Of a DNA stretch of 64,000 nucleotides, positions 1 to 10,329 are shown in pieces. The stretch lies in NCBI GenBank assembly GCA_964384105.1, contig CAYLJV010000001.1:192001-256000 (forward strand), given 5' to 3'. The stretch's first letter is position 1; the number at the start of each line of letters is the position of its first letter. Made by a program: the position numbers and the translations under genes. The notes below the pieces were generated by a model. It saw only the letters and a list, made by a program, of their open reading frames with translations. It ran no database searches and had not been told where the DNA came from. This DNA comes from Candidatus Hadarchaeota archaeon. Lineage in GTDB: Archaea; Hadarchaeota; Hadarchaeia; Hadarchaeales; JAGGTB01.

Positions 1-323
1 TCTATTCTTTCCTTTATTTCCCTCGGTGGTATGCCCTCGTTTTCTAGTCCGAAGGCCAGATCACTGATTACTTTTTCTCTAACAATCTGTTTCTTCGGTG
101 ACTGGAATAAAAATCCGGATTCACCTTTCACTTTCACTTTGCCAGTGACTTCAAAGTTTCCGGGTAGAATGTCCTTCAGAGCCTTGCACAGTACTGTCTT
201 TCCTGATCCAGGTTGTCCACAAAGTAGGACTGTTTCTCCCTTCTCTACCTTTAAATTCACATTTTTGAGGAGGGGCTTTCCTCCGCTTGTTTTGACTGTA
301 AGAGCTGCAGTTTCTACAATCAA
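1..323 (-). CDS. ECF transporter ATP-binding subunit (EcfA/CbiO-like), runs off window start
   Basis: Manual translation from TTG at 323: MIVETAALTVK...LLCGQPGSGKT (Walker A)...GFLFQSPKKQIVREKVISDLAFGLENEG. Start overlaps the stop of the upstream S-component gene; not in the ORF track. Confidence 0.85.
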   Translation of the reverse strand, partial: MIVETAALTVKTSGGKPLLKNVNLKVEKGETVLLCGQPGSGKTVLCKALKDILPGNFEVTGKVKVKGESGFLFQSPKKQIVREKVISDLAFGLENEGIPPREIKERI

Positions 324-826
324 CTTCCGGCCAACTCTGGAATTCTCGATTTGATAGCTTGTGAGATTGGTATGGCTATTGCGGCCCCAACTCCTGCTTG
401 GATTATGTCTATAGGGAGTTCTTGAAAGAGTGCAGCGGGGGTCCCTTCAAAGTATGCCCTAGCTAGTGTGTATCCTCCTATCATAATAGGGGCTCCTGCT
501 CCTACCGCCAAGATTTTGCTTTTTACGCTTTCTCCAGCTATTCTGCCTACTAAAAATCCTTCTAATCCTTTGACTACGAGGGTTATAGGAGCGTAGAACG
601 CCCATCCCAGTATAACGTCTGCTGCTGCCGCTCCAATTCCACCCGCTAGACCCCCAACTATTCCTCCGAATAGGAAGGCTGCTATGTAGATGAGGATCTC
701 CCCGAAATTGAGGTATCCTAATCCAACTGGTATTGAAACCATTATGGTTGCAACAGCCACAGCGGCCGCGAAAGCCGAACTCAAAGCTATCTCTTCCGGA
801 CCCAGAGATTCTTTTTTTGATTTCAT
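320..826 (-). CDS. ECF transporter S component (substrate-specific membrane subunit)
   Basis: Hydrophobic 168 aa protein with GYLNFGE...GGIGAAAADVILG..YAPITLVVKGLEG motifs; coupled to the ECF ATPase. Confidence 0.85.
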   Translation of the reverse strand: MKSKKESLGPEEIALSSAFAAAVAVATIMVSIPVGLGYLNFGEILIYIAAFLFGGIVGGLAGGIGAAAADVILGWAFYAPITLVVKGLEGFLVGRIAGESVKSKILAVGAGAPIMIGGYTLARAYFEGTPAALFQELPIDIIQAGVGAAIAIPISQAIKSRIPELAGS

Positions 827-1075
827 AATATATCAGTCGACCTAATTTTGTACTAATTGGATAAAAACACTCTTTTTGAATTTTTGGCATAAGTGTGATT
901 TTATCCGGTAAATGGTATTTAATCATGATATAAGGGTGTTATGGGATATTTATTGATATTCGAGAGATTTTTATAGTCTTTAAAAATTAATTTTTTTATC
1001 AAAAATTTTTCTTCTTCTTAGAAAGAAAATGGTATTGAGGAAATTTTTACTGTATTTCGGAAATATGGGGGCATA

Positions 1076-1474
1076 ATGAGTTCAAAATTTTTTTGTATGG
1101 TTTTATTTTCTGTGTTTTGTTTATGGTTTTTGCTATCATAAATGGATTTATTTATTCCTCAGTCATTGGTGAGTGGAAAGGGCACGTAGTTAATTCTCTA
1201 CCCATTATCGAGTTTGTAGTTCTCGTAACGTACCTATTTCTAAATAACTTATTATCAGATTATACATCACTTCAGTTAATCCTTCTGGGGTTCTCTGACT
1301 ATCCATGACGGTGGCTTTCGAGTTTATCTTTCAACATTACTTAATGGGAGTTTCTTGGAATACCGCTGCTATCTGATTATTCTTGAGAGGAAAATATGGT
1401 CATTAGTGGTACTTACAACACTAATCGCTCCGTATGTCGTGGGAGTTATTCGTAAAGAAATAAATTTTCCTTAA
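1076..1474 (+). pseudogene. Degraded small membrane protein gene with multiple frameshifts
   Basis: Hydrophobic fragments in different frames (...FMVFAIING..GHVVNSL..., MTVAFEFIFQHYLMGVSW, IWSLVVLTTLIAPYVVG) read as one small membrane protein. Confidence 0.6.
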
Positions 1475-1537
1475 ATCTGGCCTAAAAATCTAAATTAAAA
1501 TTTTAAGTCTAAGGGGCGTTTTTGATTCCTTCTTTGA

Positions 1538-1948
1538 TTATTTCTCTTTGAATTTCTTAGTGTAGAACGAAATACCACGATAATTTACTAGTTTTTCGTT
1601 TTTTGGCGATTCTTCTGAACTCAATGGCTTTATTAGAAGGTCTGATTTTACTTCTTTTGAGATGCTTTCTAGAAAGGAGTGTAGTTCGGTGGGTGGTCTG
1701 ATCGAAAAAATTAGTTCTGCGCCTTGATATATACTCTTTTTTGGAGATGTGATATCGTCTTGATAGAATTCTATGCCATTAGGAACTTCCAATTCTCTCA
1801 TATCTGTGCTGATTAACTCGCAGTTTGGGATTTTCTCTTTTAGGAACTCTGCGGTATGAAAAGATTTCCCTATTCCAATTTCTACAATCTTTTTGGCATA
1901 GGGATAATTCTCAGCAATCCACTGGGCTATCAATTCGAAATCATTCAT
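1538..1948 (-). CDS. UPF0146 family protein
   Basis: KIVEIGIG, DDITSP...IYQGAELIFSIRPPTEL motifs; ATGA overlap with the pheT stop. Confidence 0.85.
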   Translation of the reverse strand: MNDFELIAQWIAENYPYAKKIVEIGIGKSFHTAEFLKEKIPNCELISTDMRELEVPNGIEFYQDDITSPKKSIYQGAELIFSIRPPTELHSFLESISKEVKSDLLIKPLSSEESPKNEKLVNYRGISFYTKKFKEK

Positions 1949-3600
1949 TCGATGACCCAAGTCGGTAAATCTACCTCAAAGACCGCTACGGGATGACTTA
2001 ATTCAAAATTAAGTATAACTTCTGGGTGTAACTCTCCTACGAATCCAATATGTTTTCCTTCCACTAGAAATTCTGCTGCTCTTTCGTTTATTAACGAAGG
2101 ATGTTCGAAGGGTTTCACTTTCCATTCTATATCGAGCTCTCGAAGCAATGCTTCGGCTAGTGATCTAGAATATGTAAATTCAGCTTTTTCCCCCGTTTCC
2201 GCTGCTGCTGCTCTTCTGACGGTTTTCGCTCCGTTTTCGGATTCTTTATCTAGAGTTACTACGTCCCCGACTTCAAAGATTTGTTGGGGGAGTTCGTGAT
2301 GTCTGTTTTCTCTGAGTACTTCCATCAGGCCGGGAAGTAACCAGCTTCGAAGAATTGAATATTCTTCAGAGATCGGATTTTTTATTGTTACTGCATCTCC
2401 TTCAAAGTTCATCATTTCGAAGTTCAGTTTTTCGCTGGTGAGCATGTAAGGCATTACTTCCATTAGGCCGAGTCCTGTAAGAATTTCTCTGGCTATTTCA
2501 CTCATTTCACTCTCTGGTTTCACTTCTCCCGAAGTTTCTATCGAAGGAAGATAAGGTTCTAATCTATCGTAGCCAAAACCTATAGCGATATCTTCGAAAA
2601 GATCGACTTCGTGCATTAGATCAAAACGGTAAAATGGAACTTCAACTTTTATTTTTCCGTTTTCTTCTTCTAAAACTCTATATCTCATCTTTTCGATTAT
2701 TTCTTTAATTTCATCGGAACTGAGATCAAGGCCTAATTTTGTATTTGCTCTTTTTATATCGAATGTTCGTTTTCTATTTTCTATTCTTGGTGTTTCCAAT
2801 GTTTTATCAGGATATTCTACAGTTACTGCTCTCAAATCAAATCCTCGTTCAGCAACTGCACTCATAACTACCTGTAGCGCTTGTTCTGCAGCTTTTCTGT
2901 CAGTTCCCGTCACGTCAATTGCCATTTTCTTCGTGTTGATAGTTACCCGAGATTTTTCACTGTTTATTATTGGTGGCATGGAGAGAACTTGATCATTTGA
3001 ATCTACTAATATCGGATATTTTCGTAGACCCTCCATCAGATGACTATATTCTTTTCCTTTTGGATGTTTTTCGAGAATCTCTTTTGGGGATAGTTTTTTC
3101 CTAAAATCTAGAGGGGCGAAACCCTCGCTTTCAGGTTCTATTGTAGTAAATCTGATAGGTGTCTTGAGATCCTTCATATCGTAGGTTCCTATGGATATTT
3201 TTCTTCTATCTTGTCCTATTATCTCATGTAGAGTGTCTTGAAGATCCATTAGACCTTTCAAAGATCTTTCGCTAAAATCTGCATTTTCAACGATACCCAT
3301 GACGATTACTGGTCTGATTTTTTTGACCTCCGAATCGACTTTTAATTTTATTTTTGGCTTAAGGAGGTCGTAGTTAGGAACGCCAGTTTCTATACCTAGA
3401 TAGCCTTTTAAGGCTCGAGCTATCCCTTCAACTCCAAATAAATCAGGTCTATTGTGGAATACTTCCAGCTTTAAACTCTCGGTAGTCATTCCTTCGACTT
3501 CTATACCGAGATTTTGAAGAGGATTTTTGAGTTCACTAAGCGTATATTTTTTACCTAGTAGGTTATTTAGATCGGATAGATCTATTGTTATAGTCGGCAT
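1945..3600 (-). CDS. pheT: Phenylalanine-tRNA ligase beta subunit
   Basis: MPTI start, NRPDL, VLSMPPIINS, DLMHEVDLFEDIAIGFGY, GELHPEV. Confidence 0.97.
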   Translation of the reverse strand: MPTITIDLSDLNNLLGKKYTLSELKNPLQNLGIEVEGMTTESLKLEVFHNRPDLFGVEGIARALKGYLGIETGVPNYDLLKPKIKLKVDSEVKKIRPVIVMGIVENADFSERSLKGLMDLQDTLHEIIGQDRRKISIGTYDMKDLKTPIRFTTIEPESEGFAPLDFRKKLSPKEILEKHPKGKEYSHLMEGLRKYPILVDSNDQVLSMPPIINSEKSRVTINTKKMAIDVTGTDRKAAEQALQVVMSAVAERGFDLRAVTVEYPDKTLETPRIENRKRTFDIKRANTKLGLDLSSDEIKEIIEKMRYRVLEEENGKIKVEVPFYRFDLMHEVDLFEDIAIGFGYDRLEPYLPSIETSGEVKPESEMSEIAREILTGLGLMEVMPYMLTSEKLNFEMMNFEGDAVTIKNPISEEYSILRSWLLPGLMEVLRENRHHELPQQIFEVGDVVTLDKESENGAKTVRRAAAAETGEKAEFTYSRSLAEALLRELDIEWKVKPFEHPSLINERAAEFLVEGKHIGFVGELHPEVILNFELSHPVAVFEVDLPTWVIE

Positions 3601-3604
3601 TTTT

Positions 3605-5137
3605 TTACCTCAGTGGTTGCTTTTTTAGCCATTCGAGATCGTTATTGTGAAGGTCTCTCATATCCTCGATCCCCATCCGGATCATAGCGAGTCTACTAAA
3701 GCCAATTCCCCAGGCTAAAACGGGGTATTCTATTCCTAAAGGTTCTAAAAGTTCTGGTCTGAACATTCCGGCGCCTAAAAGTTCGATCCATTCTTCTAAT
3801 TCGGGGAAATAACCATCAGCTTCGGCGGATGGTTCGGTATATGGAAAGTAACCAGGTCTGAACCTAATTTTGGTTATCCCTATATCATGCAGAATTTGTT
3901 TTAGGTATCCTAACATATGCCTGAAATTAAGATTGGGGGCCATTACGATTCCTTCTGCTTGCGGAAATTCTGCTAAGTGCTGGTAATCTATCCTTTCACG
4001 GCGAAAAACTTTACCTATACAGAAGACTTTAACTGGTGGTTCGGGTTTTGTGGATAGATATCTTACTGTATCTGCTGTTGTTTGTGACCTCAAAATAGTC
4101 TTTTTACTGATATTTTTATCGAATTTGTATCCCCACCCATCTGACCCGGCTACTCCGTCTTCGTGAGCCTTTTTGACTCTCTCCAATAATTTTTCGTTTA
4201 TATTTTTGGTTTCCTCGGGTTTTGATAAAGAGAGAGTATCATGAATCGCTCTGGCTGGATGATTCTGTGCTTGGTAAAGAGCATCAAAATTCCAGAATTC
4301 AGATTCGACAATAGGTCCGTTTATTTCTTTAAAACCCATTTTTAGAAGAATAAACCTTAGTTTTTCTATCATTCTTCTCTGTGGATGCTTTTTACCAGGA
4401 TATGTTGAAGGGCCAGGTGCAGTTACATTATATTTCCTTAATTTGACTTCTTTCCATTTTCCACTTTCTATAAGATCTTTTGAAATTTTGCTTACTGTTT
4501 TTTGCGTATCAAATCCTGATTCTAACGCTTTTTCTCCTTCTTTGGTTAGAATTAGTTCTCTTTCTACTCTTTCTTTTGATTTTAATAATCCCCTACTTTC
4601 TAGGGTGGAGATTTCACTCCTAAGATCTGGATTAATTTGATTTAAAAATAAATTATTTTCTTTTTCGAACTTTTCTAATAATAATTCGTCTTTTCCTTTC
4701 TCCCCTTTGGCTTTGAGGCCTTTTTCTGTTACTTTTAGAATTCTACTTTCACCGTTTTCTATTTCAGCCCATCCTTTTCTTTTTAACCAGCCAATTGAAA
4801 TTCCGATTTTCTTTTGAGGGATATCGGTTTTATCTGATAAAGAATCAAGAGGTAAGGAGGTTTCTTTTACTAGAATCTCTAGTATCTTCTTTTCAGGCAA
4901 TGAATTACTTATATAGTCTCTCCCTTCCTCGGTTACAAAAATTTCTTTTCTGGTCTTCTCTTGTATTTCGACAAGATTTTTTTCTTCTAAATTAAGCGCA
5001 GATCTCATTATCGCCGGATGTTCAAGGTCAGTTGATTCTTCTATTTTCTCTATTTCTGTTTCTTTTAGTTCACCCAAGGCCGTTAGGATTTTCTTCTCTT
5101 GGTTGGTTAGATTTTCCAGCTCATCTTTCTGTATCAT
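3605..5137 (-). CDS. pheS: Phenylalanine-tRNA ligase alpha subunit
   Basis: FWNFDALYQAQNHPAR, FRRERID..HLAEF.QAEG, YFPYTEPS, GAGMFRPE. Confidence 0.97.
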   Translation of the reverse strand: MIQKDELENLTNQEKKILTALGELKETEIEKIEESTDLEHPAIMRSALNLEEKNLVEIQEKTRKEIFVTEEGRDYISNSLPEKKILEILVKETSLPLDSLSDKTDIPQKKIGISIGWLKRKGWAEIENGESRILKVTEKGLKAKGEKGKDELLLEKFEKENNLFLNQINPDLRSEISTLESRGLLKSKERVERELILTKEGEKALESGFDTQKTVSKISKDLIESGKWKEVKLRKYNVTAPGPSTYPGKKHPQRRMIEKLRFILLKMGFKEINGPIVESEFWNFDALYQAQNHPARAIHDTLSLSKPEETKNINEKLLERVKKAHEDGVAGSDGWGYKFDKNISKKTILRSQTTADTVRYLSTKPEPPVKVFCIGKVFRRERIDYQHLAEFPQAEGIVMAPNLNFRHMLGYLKQILHDIGITKIRFRPGYFPYTEPSAEADGYFPELEEWIELLGAGMFRPELLEPLGIEYPVLAWGIGFSRLAMIRMGIEDMRDLHNNDLEWLKKQPLR

Positions 5138-5173
5138 CGGGTAATGACACTCCTTTCAATTTATTAGACTTTT

Positions 5174-5821
5174 TCATGCTATTCCAGCGTTTTCTATTTT
5201 GGTGGATATTTTTTCCATCATTTCTTCGATCGGCTTTTCTTCCTTTGCAATAATGTCTTCGACTATTCCTTTTTCTTTGTAGTAATTGATTAAGGGTTGA
5301 GTTTTCCTTTCGTATTCCTTTAGTCTTTTCTTGATTACTTCGGGTTTATCATCTTCTCTCTGGTAAAGTTCTCCACCACACTTGTCGCAAATTCCTTCTT
5401 CTTCAGGTTGTAAGGATCTTAAATTATAGATTTCACCACATTCTGTGCATATTCTCCGATTTGACAGTCTCTCAATTATGACATCCTCAGACACTTTTAG
5501 GTTTATTACTAAATCGATGTCAGTCATGTCATCTAGAGCTTCCGCTTGTTTAGTGGTTCTTGGATATCCATCTAAGACAAAACCGTTTTCACAGTCTGGT
5601 TCAGATAGTCTTTTCTCTACGACTTCTATTACGGTCTCGTCAGGGACTAATGCCCCCGTGTCGAGGTATTCCTTGACTTCTTTCCCTAGTTTTGTGCCTT
5701 TATCTACCTCTCTTCTGAAGATATCTCCAGTGGCTATGTGTGGTATGCCGTATTTTTCACTTATACGGCTGCTATAAGTTCCTTTTCCACCTCCTGGTGG
5801 ACCAAGTACTATCAATCTCAT
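5174..5821 (-). CDS. adk: Adenylate kinase (bacterial-type, Zn LID)
   Basis: GPPGGGKGT, LDGYPRT, CTEC...CDKC LID, QREDD. Confidence 0.95.
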   Translation of the reverse strand: MRLIVLGPPGGGKGTYSSRISEKYGIPHIATGDIFRREVDKGTKLGKEVKEYLDTGALVPDETVIEVVEKRLSEPDCENGFVLDGYPRTTKQAEALDDMTDIDLVINLKVSEDVIIERLSNRRICTECGEIYNLRSLQPEEEGICDKCGGELYQREDDKPEVIKKRLKEYERKTQPLINYYKEKGIVEDIIAKEEKPIEEMMEKISTKIENAGIA

Positions 5822-5878
5822 TATTTTTCACCTCCTACTCTTTTCTGACTTTGGAAATAAAATCCTTGTTCCATTTTT

Positions 5879-6862
5879 TTACTTTCGAAAGTGTTCATAT
5901 CCTCTGTCTGGTAGATCTTCTAGTTTACCATTTCGACGGATAGTTACTCCTTCGTTTCCTTTAACTCTCCCGATTTTTGATATTCGGGTTCCTATTTCTT
6001 CGAATTTCTTCTTTAACTCTTTCCATCCATTGGGTTTTACCGTAAAAAGGAGTTCGAAATCTTCTCCCCCATATAGGATAATTTCATCCAGATCAAATCC
6101 TTCTTCTCTTACTAGCTTCTTGGCGTCTTTGTTGATTGGGAGTTTTCCATGTTCTATAGTTAATCCAACATCGCTTTCCTTTGAAATCTGCCAGAGATTT
6201 GCGGCTAAACCATCAGTAACGTCTATTGCAGAAGTCACTTTTCCAGATTTTGAGAGTATTTTCCCTTCTTCTACTCTCGCTGTGGGTTCCTGAAGAGCAA
6301 TTTTTAAATCTTTTTTGTTTTCAAAATCTATGTTTTCCAATGTGGCTTTAACTGCTGCAGTTGCTGCTCCTAGTTCTCCTGTGATTCCAATTATATCTCC
6401 TTTTTCGGCTCCGGATCTCAATAGTAATCTTTCTTGAGTGGTAATTCCGAATGCTGTACCGGAGACAATTATTTCTTCGGCTTCGTTTAAATCTCCCCCA
6501 ACTAAAGATGAACCGTATTTTCTGGCAGTCGAGTTCATCGATTTTAGTAGATCAGAGACAAATTCTACCTCAAGGTTCGCTGGAGTTCCGACCGAATAAA
6601 CTAACCCGATTGGATCTGCACCCATCGCAGCTATATCACTTAGATTCACTACTACTGCTTTCTTTCCTATTTGTGCACTTGGAGTATCTAGGGTGAAGTG
6701 AACGTTGCTGATGAGCATGTCTGTGGTTATAACCAACAGATTTTCACCTATTTCTAGGACCGCTCCGTCGTCTCCAACTCCCACTTTCACATATGGGCCT
6801 TTTTCACAAATATTCCTTGTGAGTTCTAAGAGAGTTCTCTCCCCTACATCTTTCAGCTTCAT
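5879..6862 (-). CDS. thiL: Thiamine-monophosphate kinase
   Basis: GDDGAV, NLSDIAAMGA, GGDLN, AIDVTDGL, GGEDFELLF. Confidence 0.95.
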   Translation of the reverse strand: MKLKDVGERTLLELTRNICEKGPYVKVGVGDDGAVLEIGENLLVITTDMLISNVHFTLDTPSAQIGKKAVVVNLSDIAAMGADPIGLVYSVGTPANLEVEFVSDLLKSMNSTARKYGSSLVGGDLNEAEEIIVSGTAFGITTQERLLLRSGAEKGDIIGITGELGAATAAVKATLENIDFENKKDLKIALQEPTARVEEGKILSKSGKVTSAIDVTDGLAANLWQISKESDVGLTIEHGKLPINKDAKKLVREEGFDLDEIILYGGEDFELLFTVKPNGWKELKKKFEEIGTRISKIGRVKGNEGVTIRRNGKLEDLPDRGYEHFRK

Positions 6863-6872
6863 TTTTTTACAC

Positions 6873-7241
6873 CTATAGCAATTTTAAGTTTCCAGTAACC
6901 TTATCAATCTCTTCGTTTGGAGCGGGTCCAATTCCGAGAACTGTTGATGTACCGGGGTCAAGCTCAGTTAATCCGGCGTCGGTTATCAGTTTATGGGGGA
7001 GACCTACATTTTTTGCTTTCTTTTTCAAGCTTCCCAGTTTTTTCTCTGACTCAATCTTAACGACTACTTTTTTCTGCTGTTCATCGATCCAATTTCTGTA
7101 CCACTCTGGGTGATTCTTTCTTGTTTTCTCTGCTGCTGAGAGAGATGCATGTGCTACTTGAACTGCGAGTTTACCTGGACTCATACCGAGATCAGTTCTT
7201 ACTACCATGACTTGCTTGTATTTGAAAGTCATTTCACTCAT
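6873..7241 (-). CDS. pth2: Peptidyl-tRNA hydrolase Pth2
   Basis: KQVMVVRTDLGMSPGKLAVQVAHAS, DAGLTEL, GIGPAP. Confidence 0.96.
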   Translation of the reverse strand: MSEMTFKYKQVMVVRTDLGMSPGKLAVQVAHASLSAAEKTRKNHPEWYRNWIDEQQKKVVVKIESEKKLGSLKKKAKNVGLPHKLITDAGLTELDPGTSTVLGIGPAPNEEIDKVTGNLKLL

Positions 7242-7255
7242 CTTTGATGGAAATT

Positions 7256-7573
7256 CTAATCGGTGGAATTACTTCGACTTAAAAAATTACTGAAAGATTG
7301 GCGGCTTTCTTTTCTTACGTACATTATGACTCCCAGAATTGCACATAATAAGAGGACGGATCCTATGAATGGAGCGAGTCTCAGCGCTCTGAATGTGGGT
7401 TGCGAAAGAATCACTATTATCACTATATCCGCCAATGCGCTTAATCCAACGCTTGTGGCTATCCTCTGCCAGACGTCCAAGCTTTTTGCGTCGGAGTAGA
7501 GTAAGAAACTTAGGAGGAATCCGGGGAAAAAGAGAACAAATATTCCCAATAACAGGTATCCTATCCCAATCAT
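7256..7573 (-). CDS. Small membrane protein (DUF1616-like N-terminal domain)
   Basis: LFFPGFLLS...LDVWQRIATSVGLS motif; three hydrophobic segments. Confidence 0.65.
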   Translation of the reverse strand: MIGIGYLLLGIFVLFFPGFLLSFLLYSDAKSLDVWQRIATSVGLSALADIVIIVILSQPTFRALRLAPFIGSVLLLCAILGVIMYVRKESRQSFSNFLSRSNSTD

Positions 7574-7637
7574 TTTTTCCCACTCTCGATATCGTTATTT
7601 GTATGAAGCTTAAAAAAATCGATGTTGGTTGATTAGA

Positions 7638-8831
7638 ATGGAAGATGTTGTAGTTGTTGGCGGAGGCCCCTCTGGTAGCTATATAGGGGGAAAATTAGCT
7701 CAAAAAGGGTACAAGGTCAAGGTTTTAGAAGAACATTCTGAAATCGGCAGACCTATGTGTTGTGCAGGGATTTTGGGTTCTGAGGAGATTAAGGAGTTAG
7801 GATTGGACCCGAGAGAGTGGGCTTTGAACTCCCTGAAAGGTGGGAAGTTCCATTTCCCTTCGAATAGATCCGTGTTTTTGTCTAGGGATAGGATAGAAGC
7901 ATATGTTATAGACCGAGCTAAATTCGACCAAGATTTATCCCGAAAGGCCATTGAATCGGGCGCTGAGCTGAAGCTGGGGTGTAGATGTAATGCCATTTCA
8001 GTTCGAGATGATCATGTAGAATTGAAAGTTGAAGGAGAAAACGGTACGAGCTATATAAAGAGTAGGATTGTAGTAGGGGCTGATGGTACCAATTCCACAG
8101 TAGCCAGAAATTGTGGCTTAATAAGCAGATTTTCACCTCTTATATGTGCTCAGGCGGAAGTTGTAGGCGGCCCAAAAAATGAACTTGTGAACGTATATTT
8201 GGATAATGAGTTGTCTAGAAGTTTCTTTGGTTATGTTGTCCCCGCTGGAAACTTCTATCGAGTTGGGCTCTGCGACAAAGAAGGTAATATAAGAGGGAAA
8301 TTACTAGATTTTTTGAAAAAGATTTCCTTCTTTCCAGATAATCCCGGCAGAAAGGTCGTAAGTTTAACAACTGACCTTATTCCCGAGCCTAATAGTCGTA
8401 AAATTTACGGAGAGAGAGTCTTACTGGTAGGTGATGCTGCGGGTCATGTCAAGCCTATGACTGGTGGTGGGTTGTATATTGGGATTTCTTGTGCGAAAAT
8501 CGCAAGTGAAGTTCTGGAAAAGGCTTTGGAGAGCGTTCCTTCAGAAAAGACCTTGGAGATGTATGGTGATTTAGTTAAAAAGAAATTTGGAAAGGAATTC
8601 GAACTTGGCCTGAAAGCGAGGTCTTTGATGGAGAGGATGAATAATGAGGACCTTTCCGATTTATCGGAACTACTTGAGATTCAGGAAGTCCAAAAATTTA
8701 TATCAGAAAACTTTGATTTTGACCGTCATTCGGATTTTTTTGAGGCTTTAATAAAGAAAGGACCAAAGCTCGTGAATAGCATTGGCATTGGTAAAACTTT
8801 TAAGTTTTTGAGATGGTTTGCGTATCTTTAA
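7638..8831 (+). CDS. Geranylgeranyl reductase family FAD oxidoreductase
   Basis: GGGPSG, IGRPMCCAG, DRAKFD, GADG, LVGDAAG.VKPMTGGG. Confidence 0.9.
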   Translation: MEDVVVVGGGPSGSYIGGKLAQKGYKVKVLEEHSEIGRPMCCAGILGSEEIKELGLDPREWALNSLKGGKFHFPSNRSVFLSRDRIEAYVIDRAKFDQDLSRKAIESGAELKLGCRCNAISVRDDHVELKVEGENGTSYIKSRIVVGADGTNSTVARNCGLISRFSPLICAQAEVVGGPKNELVNVYLDNELSRSFFGYVVPAGNFYRVGLCDKEGNIRGKLLDFLKKISFFPDNPGRKVVSLTTDLIPEPNSRKIYGERVLLVGDAAGHVKPMTGGGLYIGISCAKIASEVLEKALESVPSEKTLEMYGDLVKKKFGKEFELGLKARSLMERMNNEDLSDLSELLEIQEVQKFISENFDFDRHSDFFEALIKKGPKLVNSIGIGKTFKFLRWFAYL

Positions 8832-8836
8832 AAGAA

Positions 8837-9493
8837 TTATTTTCCTCGGAAGGATTTTGCTACTGACATCACGTCATCTGATTTGCCTACCAAGATTACT
8901 TGATCTCCTTCTTGGAGATCGGTATTACCACGAGGGGGGATCAGTTTCTCTTCTCTTGTGATCATAGCGATGGTACACAGGTCAGGTAGATCCAATTCTT
9001 TAATTGGCTTTCCTATGACTCCCGATTCATTCGAAATCGTGACTTCTACTACCTCGGCTTCTCCTCCACTTGCCCCGATAAGTCCGTACATCCCGGGTCC
9101 TGTAACTGCTTTTTCGAAAAGGGCTACCGCTGCACTAACGATACTTACTGCAGCATCTACTCCCAGATCTTCGAACATGCTGGCATGTTTATCGTCGTTT
9201 ATCCTTGCAACCACTCTTGGGACTCCAAGCTCTTTGGCCAATTTACTGGACATGAAGTTTACCTCGTCGGCGGCGGCAACTGCTACCATTGCATCCGCTT
9301 TTTCTGCTCCAGCGTCCTTTAAAACATCTAAGTCAGTCCCACTGCCTTGAATTATCAAGCAATCTAGGTTTGCTGCTAGTTCCTCGGCTCTTTCCTTGTC
9401 AACTTCTATTAAAACTGGTTCGTGATTCCGCTTCAGTAGGCGGTCGGCAAGTAGATAGCCGGTTCTACCTCCTCCGACTATTATGACGTACAT
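8837..9493 (-). CDS. trkA: TrkA family potassium uptake regulatory subunit
   Basis: GGGRTG Rossmann (TrkA-N) domain followed by TrkA-C domain (PRGNTDLQEGD). Confidence 0.9.
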   Translation of the reverse strand: MYVIIVGGGRTGYLLADRLLKRNHEPVLIEVDKERAEELAANLDCLIIQGSGTDLDVLKDAGAEKADAMVAVAAADEVNFMSSKLAKELGVPRVVARINDDKHASMFEDLGVDAAVSIVSAAVALFEKAVTGPGMYGLIGASGGEAEVVEVTISNESGVIGKPIKELDLPDLCTIAMITREEKLIPPRGNTDLQEGDQVILVGKSDDVMSVAKSFRGK

Positions 9494-9642
9494 ACTATCC
9501 TTTTGCAAAATCTCCTAGTAAAGAATATTAATCTTTGTGTTTTTCGAAAAAACGAAGTATTATTAGTCAGGAGTCAACTTTTTTCTTTGAGTATTACCTC
9601 AAAGTATTAATATCCATAAGGACTAACATTCGAGGACTGAAA

Positions 9643-10164
9643 ATGCCCGAGAAACCAGCAAGCGCGTATAGAGAGCAGGATAGGCCGGCCTATACTAGAA
9701 AGGAGTATGTGACAGGTATCCCTGGGTCCCGTATTACATTCTTTGAAAGAGGTGATTCGGAGACCGATTTTCCCATACAAATTTCGTTGGTATCTACTGA
9801 AAAAGGCCAAATTAAGCATACGGCCTTAGAATCAGCTCGTATCTCTGCGAATAGACATATGGAGAAGGGTGCAGGTGAGAAGAATTATTACCTGAAACTA
9901 AGGATCTATCCCCACCAGATACTTAGAGAAAATCCTATGGCTTTAGGAGCGGGGGCAGACCGTATTTCCGATGGAATGAGAAAGTCTTTCGGAAGACCTA
10001 TCGGTTTGGCGGCTAGAGTTTCTCCAGGTCAAAGAATAATAACGATTAGAACTACTCAGGAATTCTACAATATAGCGAAAGAAGCAATAAGAAGAGCTAG
10101 AATGAAGTTGTCGGTTAATTCTAAGAGAGTTTTGGAAAGGGGATCTGAGTTAATCTCCTCTTAA
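9643..10164 (+). CDS. rpl10e: 50S ribosomal protein L10e (uL16)
   Basis: RPAYTRKEY, ALESARISANR, YPHQILREN, GADRISDGMRKSFG; ATG at 9643 follows a GAGG site. Confidence 0.97.
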   Translation: MPEKPASAYREQDRPAYTRKEYVTGIPGSRITFFERGDSETDFPIQISLVSTEKGQIKHTALESARISANRHMEKGAGEKNYYLKLRIYPHQILRENPMALGAGADRISDGMRKSFGRPIGLAARVSPGQRIITIRTTQEFYNIAKEAIRRARMKLSVNSKRVLERGSELISS

Positions 10165-10329
10165 GTATAGCTATAATTTCTTTTTTATAAGTTCAATTTG
10201 ATTTCAGATTTTCTGACAGATAATTAGGTTTTACGGAAAAGTCGAAAATTTCGCATTAATATAAAATTAAAATATTACACTAATAGTTTTCATTCTCGCA
10301 GATTTCCTGTTTCCAAATGTTTTTACCTT

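Noticed and set aside
31-354. 107-aa plus-strand ORF
   Set aside because: Antisense shadow of the ECF ATPase on the minus strand.
9535-9642. N-terminal extension on rpl10e in the ORF track
   Set aside because: The TTG start lies in promoter-like AT-rich DNA; the family N-terminus and an RBS fit ATG 9643.
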